Source: Isurus oxyrinchus
Lineage: Eukaryota
Direction: 5' to 3'
Assembly: GCA_026770705.1 (NCBI GenBank)
Contig: JANJGN010000114.1
Coordinates: 1,178,001 to 1,242,000 of the forward strand
DNA length: 64,000 nucleotides
Made by a program: the position numbers and the translations under genes. The notes under the pieces were generated by a model. It was given only the letters and a program-made list of their open reading frames with translations, was not told the origin of the DNA and did no database searches. Positions 41,201 through 52,090 of this stretch are shown piece after piece. How positions within the stretch are numbered: position 1 is the stretch's first letter; every line of letters starts with the position of its first letter.

Positions 41201-43556
41201 TTATTTCACTGTATCACAAGTAGTTTTGACCACATTTCTACTGAGGAAATTCAGTTACTGAAACATCTGCAATGGTTCATTCACCAGTGAGTGCTTCACT
41301 GACCAGGATTTTGTACTCATTGAGATAATTTACATTCCAGAATTTGATCTGTTCCTTTCTAACAACGACGGTCTCTGTTTCTTATCCACTGAATTTAAAT
41401 AACCTGGTTCGAATTGTATGTCTAGTCTGTTGTTTCTGTCCAAGAGGCGCAGAGGTGAAGATAAAAGCAAACTGCTGGGAGTGTGATCACTTTCGACCTT
41501 TTCACACCCATGTCTCTGTTTCAATTCGAAATAAGTAAAACTGTTAGCCCAGATTACGGCCACCAAAAGCAATGGTCAACATTTGGTTTTTTTAACTTGG
41601 CGATTTAAAATGAAACAAATGTGCAAACTGTCTACATTCAGAATTCAACGCAATTAAATTAACTGTTTCAGGATTCACTTAAACAACCCAAATTAATTAT
41701 GGATTTAAGGAAAGATAATCCAATTTTCCACAAAGAATTTTGTTCATTCCTGTATTTGTGAAAAGTGCTTTCTGGAGAAATATATAGTACATGCTTCCAG
41801 CAGTGCTTTTATTTAGAAGACATATTCCTCAAATAAATTACAATGCCTGGCGTTTAGTGTCAGTCATTTATTTCTAAATAATTGAAACTGATTTAGGGAG
41901 CCATATGCCTTTTACTGTGTACCTGACAAGAATGCAGCGAGGTTTCCCTGTCACTAAGGCAGCATTTCCTATTGTTAATAAGAGATTTATAATTGTAAAA
42001 GAAGACACACACTGGAAGCAGCAACAAATCTCAACCACGGCATCGACATAAAACTGAATAATAATATCAGGCAGGTGGAAGGAAGTAAAGGCACAAGACT
42101 CGATACCTCATTAAACACCGTGAAAAACAATGAGAATTTGGAATAAATGTGAACCAACGTACTTATGACATAAACCTGAAAAACAAACAATTCAATGGGA
42201 ATTTTAACATCCATACAATGTGGTCATACGTGGAAGGTTGTATTAAAGATTAAACAAGAGCATTAATAAGTCACTTCCCATGAGTTAAAGAAGTTGCAGT
42301 AACTATATATTTGGAGAATGCACTTAATTGCCAAAAGAAAACTTTATAAAAATAATTGTGCTCTTTATTCCTATTTCAATATAAATTATTTATCGAACTT
42401 GCAAAACACTCTAAAGCAGAACCAACTGTTACAGATGCTCTAGTGTTTGCCCCTATATCACACAGAATTCCCGCGGAACATCGATTGAGAAATACCCCTG
42501 ACAGTAATATGTGTGGAGGCTCACACCTTTGAAGGTGCAGTTTCATACTCAGTTAGTTGACATGAACAGAGACTCCGCTCCATGATATTCTAACAGTGAC
42601 GGCTCTCTACGTCGTACCAGCTCTGCTGAAATTGTCTGATCATTGTGCAAATCTTAATAAGTTGAGCGTGAGGAAGAGTAGCAGGAGACTCAATAAATTC
42701 AGCTGCTGTGTTATTTATGTTGTAGTTCGGACTTAAATCGTTCTGACCTAAATATCACATTTAAAACAATCACCAACCAGGTATAAAAACCTTTCAAATA
42801 TGATTCAAAATGATCGATTTTTAAGTCAATTGAAATGCCTAAAATATTAACTGCATAATTTTTGGGCAAATAAACTCGAGCCGTCAATCCTCAATTCATA
42901 CGATCTTAATGAAGGGCAGAAATAAATGTAAAAGGTCCGTGCTCAATAAATAAAACCCAGACTGGATTATTCTCTCGGGAAATCCATCTGTTTTATATCT
43001 GTACAAGATTCTCAGTTAGGAAGGTTTACAACTCCGAACTAGCCAGCCGGTTAAGGGACCTCAGGTAAACGCCGACAGAGAACAGGGACCTATGCACACG
43101 GGTAAAGCCATAGCAATTTGCGCTCAGAATGAGGGCCTTCGGCTGAATGGGCCTGCGCGGGTCGAATAATCGGATACCGCCTGGTCACCCTTTCCATTTT
43201 TAGTCGCTTTCTTTGTGCTCTACCATAATGTAAATGCGCAACCGAACATGTTTTAAATGTGATGAGGGTTTCTGCATTCACCGGCCTTTCAGGTAGCGAG
43301 TTTCCTTCGATCTGCGTATTATTTTGAAGCAATATCCCATTACTCAACAGGCAAACGTGTTAATATTTGAATGAACATCCAAAACTAACCATACAATATA
43401 GCTCAATGTATTCTGCAGTTAATATCAACATGTGCATTAATAAGATTCATTGTTTAATAATAGTGGAAACCTCAATGTAGAACATGATAATATTAATTTG
43501 TAAAACTTACATCTCAGAAGCTGCAGTGCAATTAGAGTCAGAAAGGATCGCAGCAT
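14222..43556 (-). CDS. Multi-exon CD163/WC1/SCART-like SRCR group-B type I membrane receptor (signal peptide, 7 SRCR, stalk, TM, Tyr-motif tail; about 947 aa if the exon-5 frameshift is repaired)
   Basis: Exons assembled by hand with GT-AG ends and phase-1 junctions: 43511-43556, 38701-38733, 37678-37992, 32241-32555, 30756-31070, 26305-26619, 25015-25328 (frameshift), 23708-24025, 23162-23479, 22972-23013, 22670-22786, 20379-20486, 17547-17657, 16888-17013, and tentative last exon 14222-14271. The 3' end is uncertain. Confidence 0.88.
15040..16380 (+). mobile_element. Ancient L2/CR1-like LINE RT fragment
   Basis: [10 protein letters not shown]; ggcccagtcatcttcagttgcttcatgaatgacctt (GP.IFSCFxNDL); atgttcgctgttgattgc (MFAxDC); same family as 21430-22600. 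Confidence 0.75.
16888..17013 (-). CDS. Cytoplasmic exon 3 [41 protein letters not shown]
   Basis: 126 nt, ttcctcccag|...G|gtgaga; DYDD motif as in WC1/CD163-like tails. Confidence 0.78.
17547..17657 (-). CDS. Cytoplasmic exon 2 [36 protein letters not shown]
   Basis: 111 nt, ctttctttaacag|...G|gtgggt, open in phase 1. Confidence 0.7.
20379..20486 (-). CDS. Cytoplasmic exon 1 [35 protein letters not shown]
   Basis: 108 nt, ctccatcag|...G|gtttgt, phase 1-1; YEEI motif at the position typical of WC1/SCART tails. Confidence 0.85.
21430..22600 (+). mobile_element. Ancient L2/CR1-like LINE RT fragment (intronic)
   Basis: [21 protein letters not shown]; collinear with 15200-16380. Confidence 0.75.
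22670..22786 (-). CDS. Transmembrane exon (G)[38 protein letters not shown](G)
   Basis: 117 nt, tttcattaag|...G|gtgagg; about 23-aa hydrophobic stretch followed by basic stop-transfer RRQSSRK. Confidence 0.88.
22972..23013 (-). CDS. 42-nt Pro/Ser-rich stalk exon (G)[13 protein letters not shown](G)
   Basis: cccatag|...G|gttggt, phase 1-1, open frame, lies between SRCR7 and the TM exon. Confidence 0.7.
23162..23479 (-). CDS. SRCR domain 7 (membrane-proximal) exon
   Basis: 318 nt, tttgacag|...G|gtaagg (an in-frame alternative acceptor lies 6 nt inside); [22 protein letters not shown]. Confidence 0.93.
23708..24025 (-). CDS. SRCR domain 6 exon
   Basis: 318 nt, ttgatag|...G|gtaata; all 8 Cys present; ..[18 protein letters not shown]. 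Confidence 0.95.
25015..25328 (-). CDS. SRCR domain 5 exon with 1-nt deletion (frameshift near 25091)
   Basis: 314 nt between ggatcag| and G|gtaagg. The N-half (..GLECSGEES) and C-half ([25 protein letters not shown]) lie in different frames (ORFs 25030..25374 and 24899..25204). Confidence 0.9.
26305..26619 (-). CDS. SRCR domain 4 exon (lacks C2/C7)
   Basis: 315 nt, tcttgtag|...G|gtgaat; [32 protein letters not shown]. Confidence 0.93.
27330..30715 (+). mobile_element. Decayed CR1-type LINE (intronic) interrupted by a minisatellite
   Basis: acacccttgttcaagaaa, ggaccagtaagtttaa, atggactttgaaa, ggcctcatctggaataatgcttccaattctggg; the CR1 tail resumes at 30560-30715. Confidence 0.7.
29540..30555 (+). 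repeat. Minisatellite, about 37-bp unit (tctgcaatgcactgtctgagaatgtggtggatgagga) x about 27
   Basis: Directly visible periodicity; diverged copies. Confidence 0.92.
30756..31070 (-). CDS. SRCR domain 3 exon
   Basis: 315 nt, aaaacag|...G|gtgaga; [26 protein letters not shown]. Confidence 0.95.
32241..32555 (-). CDS. SRCR domain 2 exon
   Basis: 315 nt, ttactcag|...G|gtgagt; [31 protein letters not shown]. Confidence 0.95.
34680..35720 (+). mobile_element. Highly decayed CR1-type fragment
   Basis: gtgttccaacaggactgatgccagg; ttttactagacagttgttagaatgtggaactcgtggcc (FFT.RVVRMWNS). Confidence 0.45.
37678..37992 (-). CDS. SRCR domain 1 exon (6-Cys variant)
   Basis: 315 nt, ttttacag|...G|gtacaa; [40 protein letters not shown]. 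Confidence 0.95.
38701..38733 (-). CDS. 33-nt micro-exon (C)[10 protein letters not shown](E)
   Basis: ttcatttcag| acceptor, G|gtaata donor; length is a multiple of 3; phase 1-1; in frame between the signal exon and SRCR1. Confidence 0.7.
43511..43556 (-). CDS. Exon 1 coding part: signal peptide [15 protein letters not shown](C)
   Basis: acgATG has a purine at -3; hydrophobic core; ends T|gtaagt (phase 1) and joins the next exon as TGC. Confidence 0.75.
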
Positions 43557-46500
43557 CGTCCCGGCACTCGATTCCTGCGCTGGGAATTGAGCATTAAGCG
43601 AATGCTGTGCACAAATGCCAGGCTCTGCTTCGAACACCTTCCAAAAACCCGGCAAAGGCGGCAATTAAGTGTTTGAAAACAGTTTGAACAGATTTGGCTC
43701 TTCCTTCTAAATAACATATAGATGTTATGATGTGAGAGCACTAGAGTGCCGCCTGGTAACAGACCAATGAGAATGAACTTGCCCATTAAAGGATAAAACG
43801 AACCGAGGGAACATCCATCGCCTTTTCCTCTTCGGATGGAAAGGAAATGCGTCAACAACACTGTATCAGATCATTGAATCATTGAAAGTTACAACAGAAG
43901 CTTACAAAGCAGTGGGCTCTTACACATACTGTGTCACAAATACTGTTATCCCTACATGCATTTGCAAATGAGTTCTCTTAAAGCACATGTCCAATTGCCT
44001 TCTAAAGAATCCTGTGGAATATGATTACGCATTATGTCCTGTGGTGCATTCCAGGTCTTAGCAAGCCGCTGTGTGATTAAATTTCTGTTCAGTAACAATA
44101 TTGCCAATTTAGTTAACTTGATAACATCTAGTTAATGACACAAAAGCCAGTTGGAATACTTTTCCCCACGCGCCCTGAGATATATCTCTTTATCTGTGTT
44201 TGCCTGTGTGTGTGTCTGTGCGATCGTTTGTGTTTCTCTGTATCTGCCTTGTTCCTGGCTTACTCTCTCTAATTCAGTCTCTGTCTTTCTAACCACGTGA
44301 CTCTCTAACTGTCTCTCCATTTCTTTGCTCCTATTACATGACTTGCCTGTTCAGTACAAAAAACGGTGGAAAAAAAAAAAACAAGTGAGGGTGTTGATGT
44401 AAAATGCAAACAAAACAGGACGCAAGAATTTACAGCCAGTGGTGCATCAACTCCGGAAAGAAACGGTTATCGTTTCATGTCGCGATGACCTGCCATTTTA
44501 AGCAGTTCCGAACCACGTGAAAAGTTATTTCAACATGAATCATTAACGCTATTCGTTACTGGTGGCTTTGGGATGAGATATTAAATTAATTTGAAAATCA
44601 ACAGACATTGCAAGAAAAAAATATGACTTTTATTTCAGGCTAGAAGTCGGGTATAAAAATAAGAAGAACATGCCTTCAAGCGATAGTAAAGAAGGTAAGG
44701 AACAACAAAATGATTATGTACTCGTTTATCATTGTTATTCTAAAATCAAAATCAGAGTGGCCAACTCAGTAGCCTCATGGGAGCTATTCGGTTATGTTTG
44801 ACAGCTTTAGTGTTTTAATTTTTAAGATTGGTGTGATGTATTTTTGCATCCTGATTATAATCTATGTTTGAGCTGGGGAGCGTGTGCGAACTTTAGCTAA
44901 CTATTGAGATTGAAAAAAACCTGAATCTGAATATCGGCTGCATCTCCATTGACTTCTAATTGATTGGTGTCCATTGTTGTCACACTTTGAGAAAATGCTT
45001 CATTTAGAGGGCAGTTGTTTGATTACTATTATCACCAATAACAGATGTGTAGAGATCACCATTATAACTTGGGCGGTTTCCCCAATTTACCCACTTGGAA
45101 CTATGCCGCTCCTAAATCATTCTCTATATGCGGCCGAAATGTACTTGCACCTTCTTCGGGAAATATCACCAATCATTTGAAAAAATGTGTTTCTATCAAT
45201 CAGAGCAGGTCTGGGGGAGAGGTAGAGAGCACAGGGATATTTGTTGCGACATGAAATGTGTTTTTATTTCCAGATAAGTAATTAGTACTGAAAATGTTTG
45301 TAGGAAAGCCCACAGCAGCTGCTTGTGTGCAGATTTACAGAGAACTCGCTGTATGTTTTGCTGTTGTGCAGAACTGACAGGAAGCACCTGGCGTTGTGGT
45401 GATGTCGGCACCAGCAACCTCGTCGTTGCTCCCTTATAATATTGACATAACTCTTGTGAATATTGAACATGTCCAGGCCAATGAATCGGGGCTGTATATT
45501 GGGATAACGGCACCAATTCACGGGAATAGCATGACAGAATGTCGCCTGCAAATAGTCCTAACCAGTGTCATTAATAGTTGTTCAGGGAATAAGATGTCGG
45601 TAAACTGTCGAGACAGTCTGGCGTCTGCAACAAGCAATACGTCTACTTCGGCTGCTTTAACCGACTATCGGCATTGCTCAGGCTGTGAAAGTCTACAGCC
45701 AGCATGTGGGCATTTATTACCGCTCCCACCCCGCCCCCAAATTCCTCCCTAACGTCACCCTCCTCAACAACACCGCCTTCAAGCTACTGGCGGCCAGGGT
45801 TTCTGCTGAATAAAATAAATGATTCGGAGTAGCCAAATTCCCCAGAGCAGACTAGAGGCAGCACTTTACGGATGGGATTCCGATTAGGCCTAAAATTTAC
45901 CTCGGATAACGAGCATGCCTCTTTTTGTTTGGGTGCTGAATATCTTTAATGTGTTTTTGTACAGTGTGCAGTGTATCAGTTTAAATTGTAATGGATGGTT
46001 CGGTAATATGAAAAGTGATAAACACTGGAGAATTTCTGAGATGCCAGTTCACTTTCAGAGCACTTGGTTAACATTTCTACATTTTATGCATTTATTAGCG
46101 AGGGATGAATTAATGGGTCGTGAAAACTTTGTTAAGTGAGGATTTTTAAATCCGTTGCTTGGTGCTCAGTAAAATGGATATTTGGACATTGAGGTGATTG
46201 TTGTAGCAGGTGAGGTATAATTCTTGTAGCAGGTGCTATTGTTTTTTAACATTCGTGTGCTTCGAGTCATTTTATTGATGTTGAATCAGCAAGGAATACA
46301 AACTTTTATATGGTATTTGCATGCCTCGGTTTATATAAATTATATTTTGCCAAATGCCAATTTACCTCAAAATGTATCACTTAGCAAAGCCGAATACAAG
46401 ATTTAATTTGTTATTTGCTGGCTCACCTGATCACTGCTTATATACAATGCTGAAGGATTTAATGTTTCACTTCTGATGATGACTGCAATGCCTAAATATG

Positions 46501-48364
46501 AGAAAGTGCCCCTAACACATACCCGTTCGGAGCAGTACTGGACTGCTGCATCATGTAAAATCACTGACCTTTCAGGATTGCTCCCTGCTTTCTGTCCCCC
46601 TGGCGTATTTTCGGCCAGTTAATTTTGCTGCTTTGATTAATGTCTGGCGTTTACCTATATCCAATTTCTGAATGTGTTTCAAATTCAAGGTCGCCAATTT
46701 ATTCTCTCATAATCATACGTTAGGGAAAATCTACTCTCCAGCACATACAAATTCAAAGTAGGTGTTTAGTACAAAAATCATGCGCTCTGCCAACAATGGA
46801 AATTTTATTTGTTAGTCCCTAATCATCCCGAGCCATCATTTAAAGCCAATTAATGAATTAAGCTAATGATCGAACCATTTTCACATTAATCCCAAATAAT
46901 CCCGAAGGCCGTGCAAAGACTGTGCCTGTGTTCACACAGTTTTCGCATGTTTTTTTGAATGGGTAGTTGATTCAATTAATGATGTCGGGCATTTATACGC
47001 CCAGCTGATTTATGCGAGTCAGTCTACAGAAGTTGAGTAAAGTTTAATCAGGAAGCTGATACAGTTAATGGTTAAGTTCAGGTTAAACCAATGGTTGAAT
47101 TACGTCATTATTGATATTTCTTTATGAGCGCTAGTTGAATACTCAATTCTATTTGACCATATTATTGTGCTTGCATTTTTAAAAAGTTCAGTGTGTCATG
47201 GAACGTTACATACGATTTTAATTAGAAATTATTCGCCTTATTGGAATAGTTTAGTTAATTGATAGTGCATTGTTTTACCGTTTGTTAAAATATCAAATGA
47301 ATACACGATTAACTACATCGACAGTGGTACGGAAAGATATTGCTGTTTTTCTGTGGGTCTGCCATTGTCCATATGTTTATGGCGCTCACTAAGTCAACTG
47401 GCGCAGTCTCAGTTCATGGTTTTTCCGTCAGATTATTGGCACATATTGCAGGGGCCCAACATGGGAGTTGTGTCAGTACAGCTTGATTTTATCAGTGGTG
47501 CTTCATCTTGTATTTCAACACATCAGACGGAGGCTTTATTGACTTTTTTGCGTTGTAAGGACGAGAGACGCAGTTTTTGGACTGGTCGAAGTTAATGTTA
47601 TTATATTGTTTGGATGAGGGTTGGTTTGTGGGGAGCTTGTCCTTTTGGAGGAGTGAGGGAGTTTATGGGTAGCAAGTCAGTTTAATGACAGTTGGGTACA
47701 TAATGTCTCAGTGCAAGCTTGGAGGTAATGGACGGGTTAATTTGACAAAATTACTTGCTGATCATCGGGAGAGTGCATCGGCAGGGCGACGATTTCTAAC
47801 TCCTCAATTACTTTGGGACACGGATAAACTCTTGGTTTTTGTTTGTTATGCTAAAAGTGAGTAAATATGTTATTAGTGCTCAAGATTGAAGATAATGTGT
47901 CACTGTGGTGTTGATTAAAAATTTTCCCTCTTTCTGGTTACTTTGTAATCACAACGTCAGTTTATAAGCCATTATGTCAGCTAATGGCTGAGTGTCGCTG
48001 TAGAGTCACACCGTCAGATAAATTAGTTTTGGCTTTCCTATGAGCTTGGCTCAGAATCACAATCTTCATCAACAGGTAATTCTGTGTGAGTGTGTGTGTT
48101 CAGTCATTGACATTGATGCAGTGAACAAAAAAACAAAGTTGACAAGCTCAAATTGGTGTGCCTGTTGCCTGGCACACCGTCCTCGGCCTTGCAGAGTCTG
48201 TGGACCTAAACTCAGACACTTCTTCACCCCATCTGGAACAAAACCCCACTAACAAACATCAAGCTATAGTTTGCAAGCCTGCGACTGAAGTCACTCCAAG
48301 GGAGAACTTCCCTCTAAAGTCTCCAGCCTCATGGTGTGACAAATCTGCAGCCCACTTGTACCAA

Positions 48365-48365
<1 letters not shown>

Positions 48366-48395
<30 letters not shown>
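48366..48395. repeat. (TA)n microsatellite
   Basis: About 15 perfect TA units. Confidence 0.95.
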
Positions 48396-48398
<3 letters not shown>

Positions 48399-49556
48399 CC
48401 CCAAAAGGCCTTTCCTATTAAATACATTGTCTCCAACAGTGCCTACCCCGATGCAATTCCTTCTTCATATTAGGCTTTATTTTTCTCCCTACTGTGCATA
48501 AACCTCCTACCTAACTTTGTGATTATTAAGATCCCCTAAATCACCTCAAAATTTTCCAGTTACATTGCCCTGATGGGCACTCTTCACTATGTCCTTCCAG
48601 TCCTTCTAAACCTGCTTCCTCCACAGGGGCGTGTTGAGGGCTCTCGGTTAATGAATATAGGCCCGAACATTCCACCACCACTCACCACAGCCTGGCTCAA
48701 CTCGTTATCTCACTGAGGAAACAAACATTACCTTGTTCTTATTTTACTTCCACAAAATAAGAATCACAGAATCAACGAACTGTAAAGGTGTAGAATGGCG
48801 GCATTAGGCACATTCTGTCTACGTCGGCTCCCTAGACATTTTAAATCCGTGTGAATCTCCTGCCTTTTCCCTGAAGCCCTGCACATTTGTTTCATTTTAA
48901 GTAATCATCCAGTGACCTTTTGAATGCCGATATTGAACCTGCCTCCACCTCAATTCTAGGCATGGCATTGCAAATCCCATCTACTCACTGCGTGAAAAAG
49001 GTTTTTTCTCATGTCACATTTGCACTCACATCGGTGTGGGTATGGCTGCCAGCATGGACCCCAGTTACATCTGCCTTTTTTGGGTGTGGTCTTGTTCGAT
49101 GTTCCTGAATAAAGTCCGACTTAGGCCCAATCACAGGGTTATTATTTTTTTTCTGGAACATCGAAGGCTCTTTTGGTGCAAAATCATGCTTTTGCCTGAA
49201 CGTCTGGAGACAAATATAATTCATCACGTTTTCTAACAATCATATCCCTTTTCCACTATCACATCATCCTTCTCTGATACCTGCATTGTGTGATTTTCCT
49301 GTCTCAATTGCTGACATTAGGCAGTCCAAAAACATTCTTTGCGAACCCATTGATTTCCACAGACTTCTTGGTTGTAAATCTTCACATCATTATTTCGGTT
49401 AGGACTCTCTAATATTCCCAAATTTCTTGCCTCCCACATATCTGATTATGTTACCTTTCACAATTAACATCCAGACAATCCTCCCTTCTTCCCCCACCCA
49501 GCGAATCCCGCTCTTTGGCCCCTGAAAAGTATCCAACGCATATTCAGCTCTAATAT

Positions 49557-52090
49557 AAAAACAAAAAAACTGCGGATGCTGGAAATCCAAAACAAAAGCA
49601 GAATTACCTGGAAAAACTCAGCAGGTCTGGCAGCATCGGCGGAGAAGAAAAGAGTTGACGTTTCGAGTCCTCATGACCCTTCGACAGAACTTGAGTTCGA
49701 GTCCAAGAAAGAGTTGAAATATAAGCTGGTTTAATGTGTGTGTGTGGGGGGAGCGGAGAGAGAGAGAAGTGGAGGGGGGTGTGGTTGTAGGGACAAACAA
49801 GCAGTGATAGAAGCAGATCATCCAAAGATGTCAACAACAATAGAACAAAAGGACACATAGGTGATAAAGTTGCGTCAACTCGCAGACACTTCCTCCTACA
49901 ATTCCCTGGACCATGAAACCACCACTGAACATCAAGCCAATGTTTCCAGGACTGTCACTGACGTCATCTCCTCTGGGGATCTTCCTTCCACAGCTTCCAA
50001 CCTGATAGTCGCCCAACCTCGGACGGCCCGCTTCTATCTCCTACACAAAATCCACAAACAGAACTGCCCCGGTAGACCGAACGTCTCAGCTTGCTCCTGC
50101 CCCACAGAACTCATTTCTCGTTATGTTGACTCCCTTCTCTCTCCCCTTGTCCAGTCCCTTCCCACGTACATCCGTGATTCCTCTGACACCTTACGTCACA
50201 TCAACAATTTCCAGCTCCCTGGCCCCAACAGCTTCCTCTTCACCATGGACGTCCATTCTCTCTACACCTCCATCCCCCACCAGGATGGTCTGAGAGCCCT
50301 TAGCTTCTTCCTCGAAGAGAGGCCTGAACAATCCCCATCCACCACTACTCTCTTCCGTCTGGCTGAACTTGTTCCCACGCTGAACAATTTCTCCTTCAAC
50401 TCCTCTCACTTCCTCCAAATAAAAGGTGTGGCTATGGGAACCCGCATGGGCCCCAGCTATGCCTGTCTCTTTATGGGGTAAGTGGAACATTCCTTGCTCC
50501 AGTCCTACTCTGGCCCCATTCCACAACACTTTCTCCGGTACATCGATGATTACTTCGGTGCCGCTTCATGCTCTCGTCGGGACTTGGAAGAATTTATTAA
50601 TTTTGCTTCCAATCTCCACCCCTCCATCATTTGCACGTGGTCCATCTCTGACACTTCCCTTCCCTTCCTTAACCTCTCTGTCTCAATCTCTGGTGATAGA
50701 CTGTGCACCAATATCCATTACAAACCCAGCGACTCCCACAGCTACCTCGACTACAGCTCCTCACACCCCTTTTCCTGTAAGGACTCCAGCCCATTCTCTC
50801 AGTTCCTTCGGCTCCGTCGCATCTGTTCCGATGATGCTACCTTCAAAAACAGTTCCTCTGACATGTCCTCCTTCTTCCTTAACCAAGGTTTTCCACCCAC
50901 TGTCGTTGACAGGGCCCTCAACCGTGTCTGGCCCATCTCCCACGCCTTCTCCTCCCTCCCAGAAATATGAAAGGGTCCCCCTTGCCCTCACTTACCACCC
51001 CACCAGGCATATCCAGCACATCTGCACACATCTTTCCTGAAAGTAGGACGTGGTTCCCCATGAACTCATTCACCACCCCAGTGGCCGATGCCACTTCCAC
51101 GAATTGTAGCATGATGTCAGCAGCAAACACATCGCCCCCTCCCCAGCCTGCAAAATTACAATGAAACAGCTCCCTCTGCGACACCTTGGTGCAATCCACT
51201 TTCAACTTCAACACTTTATTGCCTTTACAGGACACTCTCACTTGCAATCGAATGAGCTGTAACATCTGCACCTTTTACTCATCCCCCTTTGCCTTCAAAG
51301 CCTCAAGCAATCCCTCCAGGTGAAGCAGCAATTTAGTAGTATTTCGTTCAATGTATTCTACTGTATTCGCTGCTCACAATGTAGTCTCATCTTCATTGCG
51401 AAGACCAAAAACAGACTTGGTGGTCTTGCGGTAAATAAAACGATCTCTGTCCAGCACGATCCCAATCTTCCTATCACTTGCTATTTCAATACACCAGATT
51501 GCTCTCAGGCTCAATCTCTGTCCTCAGCATGTTGTAATCTTCCAATGAAGGCCAATGCAGGCTGGAAGAACAATATTGTATCTTCCAATTAAGCATTTTA
51601 AAGGCTTTTGGATTCAGAATTGAATTTAACAACTTCCGGCAAGCAACTATTTTCAAGCTTCTGATTCTCTTCTTTGCCTGTGCCAGCCTGTAACATTCTT
51701 TTCTTGTTGCTTTTAGACAGAGCTGTTTTTTTTTCTGCCATTTTCTGCCAACCTTTTATTTTGTTTCAGACAGTGCTGACATTTATTGTGCTATCGACAC
51801 CTAGTCTAGAAAAAAGTATCAAACTTTAGCAAGTTGATTGCCATGCACTTTGTCCTGTGTTCCAATGCATCTTTCTAATGTAGTCTCTCCGACCCTCCTG
51901 CTTATCCCTGACCTCTTAATTTGTTGCTCTGCCCCCTCCTTTTCTTTACAACACCTTTAAGCTCATCAGAATTCCACTTCTCTCCAGTTCCTAAGAAATA
52001 AGTGTTATTGGACTCACAGTTCTTTTTTTTCTGTTTCCCACTCCACAGATGCTACCAGATGAGCAGAGTTGTTTTCAGGCACTTTCGGTT
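49557..52090 (+). mobile_element. Penelope-like element copy 2 with inverted 5' terminal repeat (49557-49872) and degenerate 3' half
   Basis: RT ORFs 49861-50481 and 50482-50970 are nearly identical to copy 1 (TAT>TAA at 50479). Degenerate GIY-YIG at 51320-51640. 49557-49872 is the reverse complement of the copy-1 3' repeat (about 6853-7157). Confidence 0.9.
49653..49691 (-). ncRNA. Minimal type I hammerhead ribozyme motif (variant core CUGUCGA, GUC cleavage site)
   Basis: Minus strand: agtt-CTGTCGA-a-gggtc-atgag-gactc-GAA-ACGT-C-aact; the palindromic ACGT stem III matches the layout of PLE dimeric hammerheads. Confidence 0.68.

Noticed and set aside
46425-46495. Exon-like minus-strand segment ending cag|gtgagc
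   Set aside because: Lies upstream of the signal-peptide exon, with incompatible phase and no recognisable peptide.
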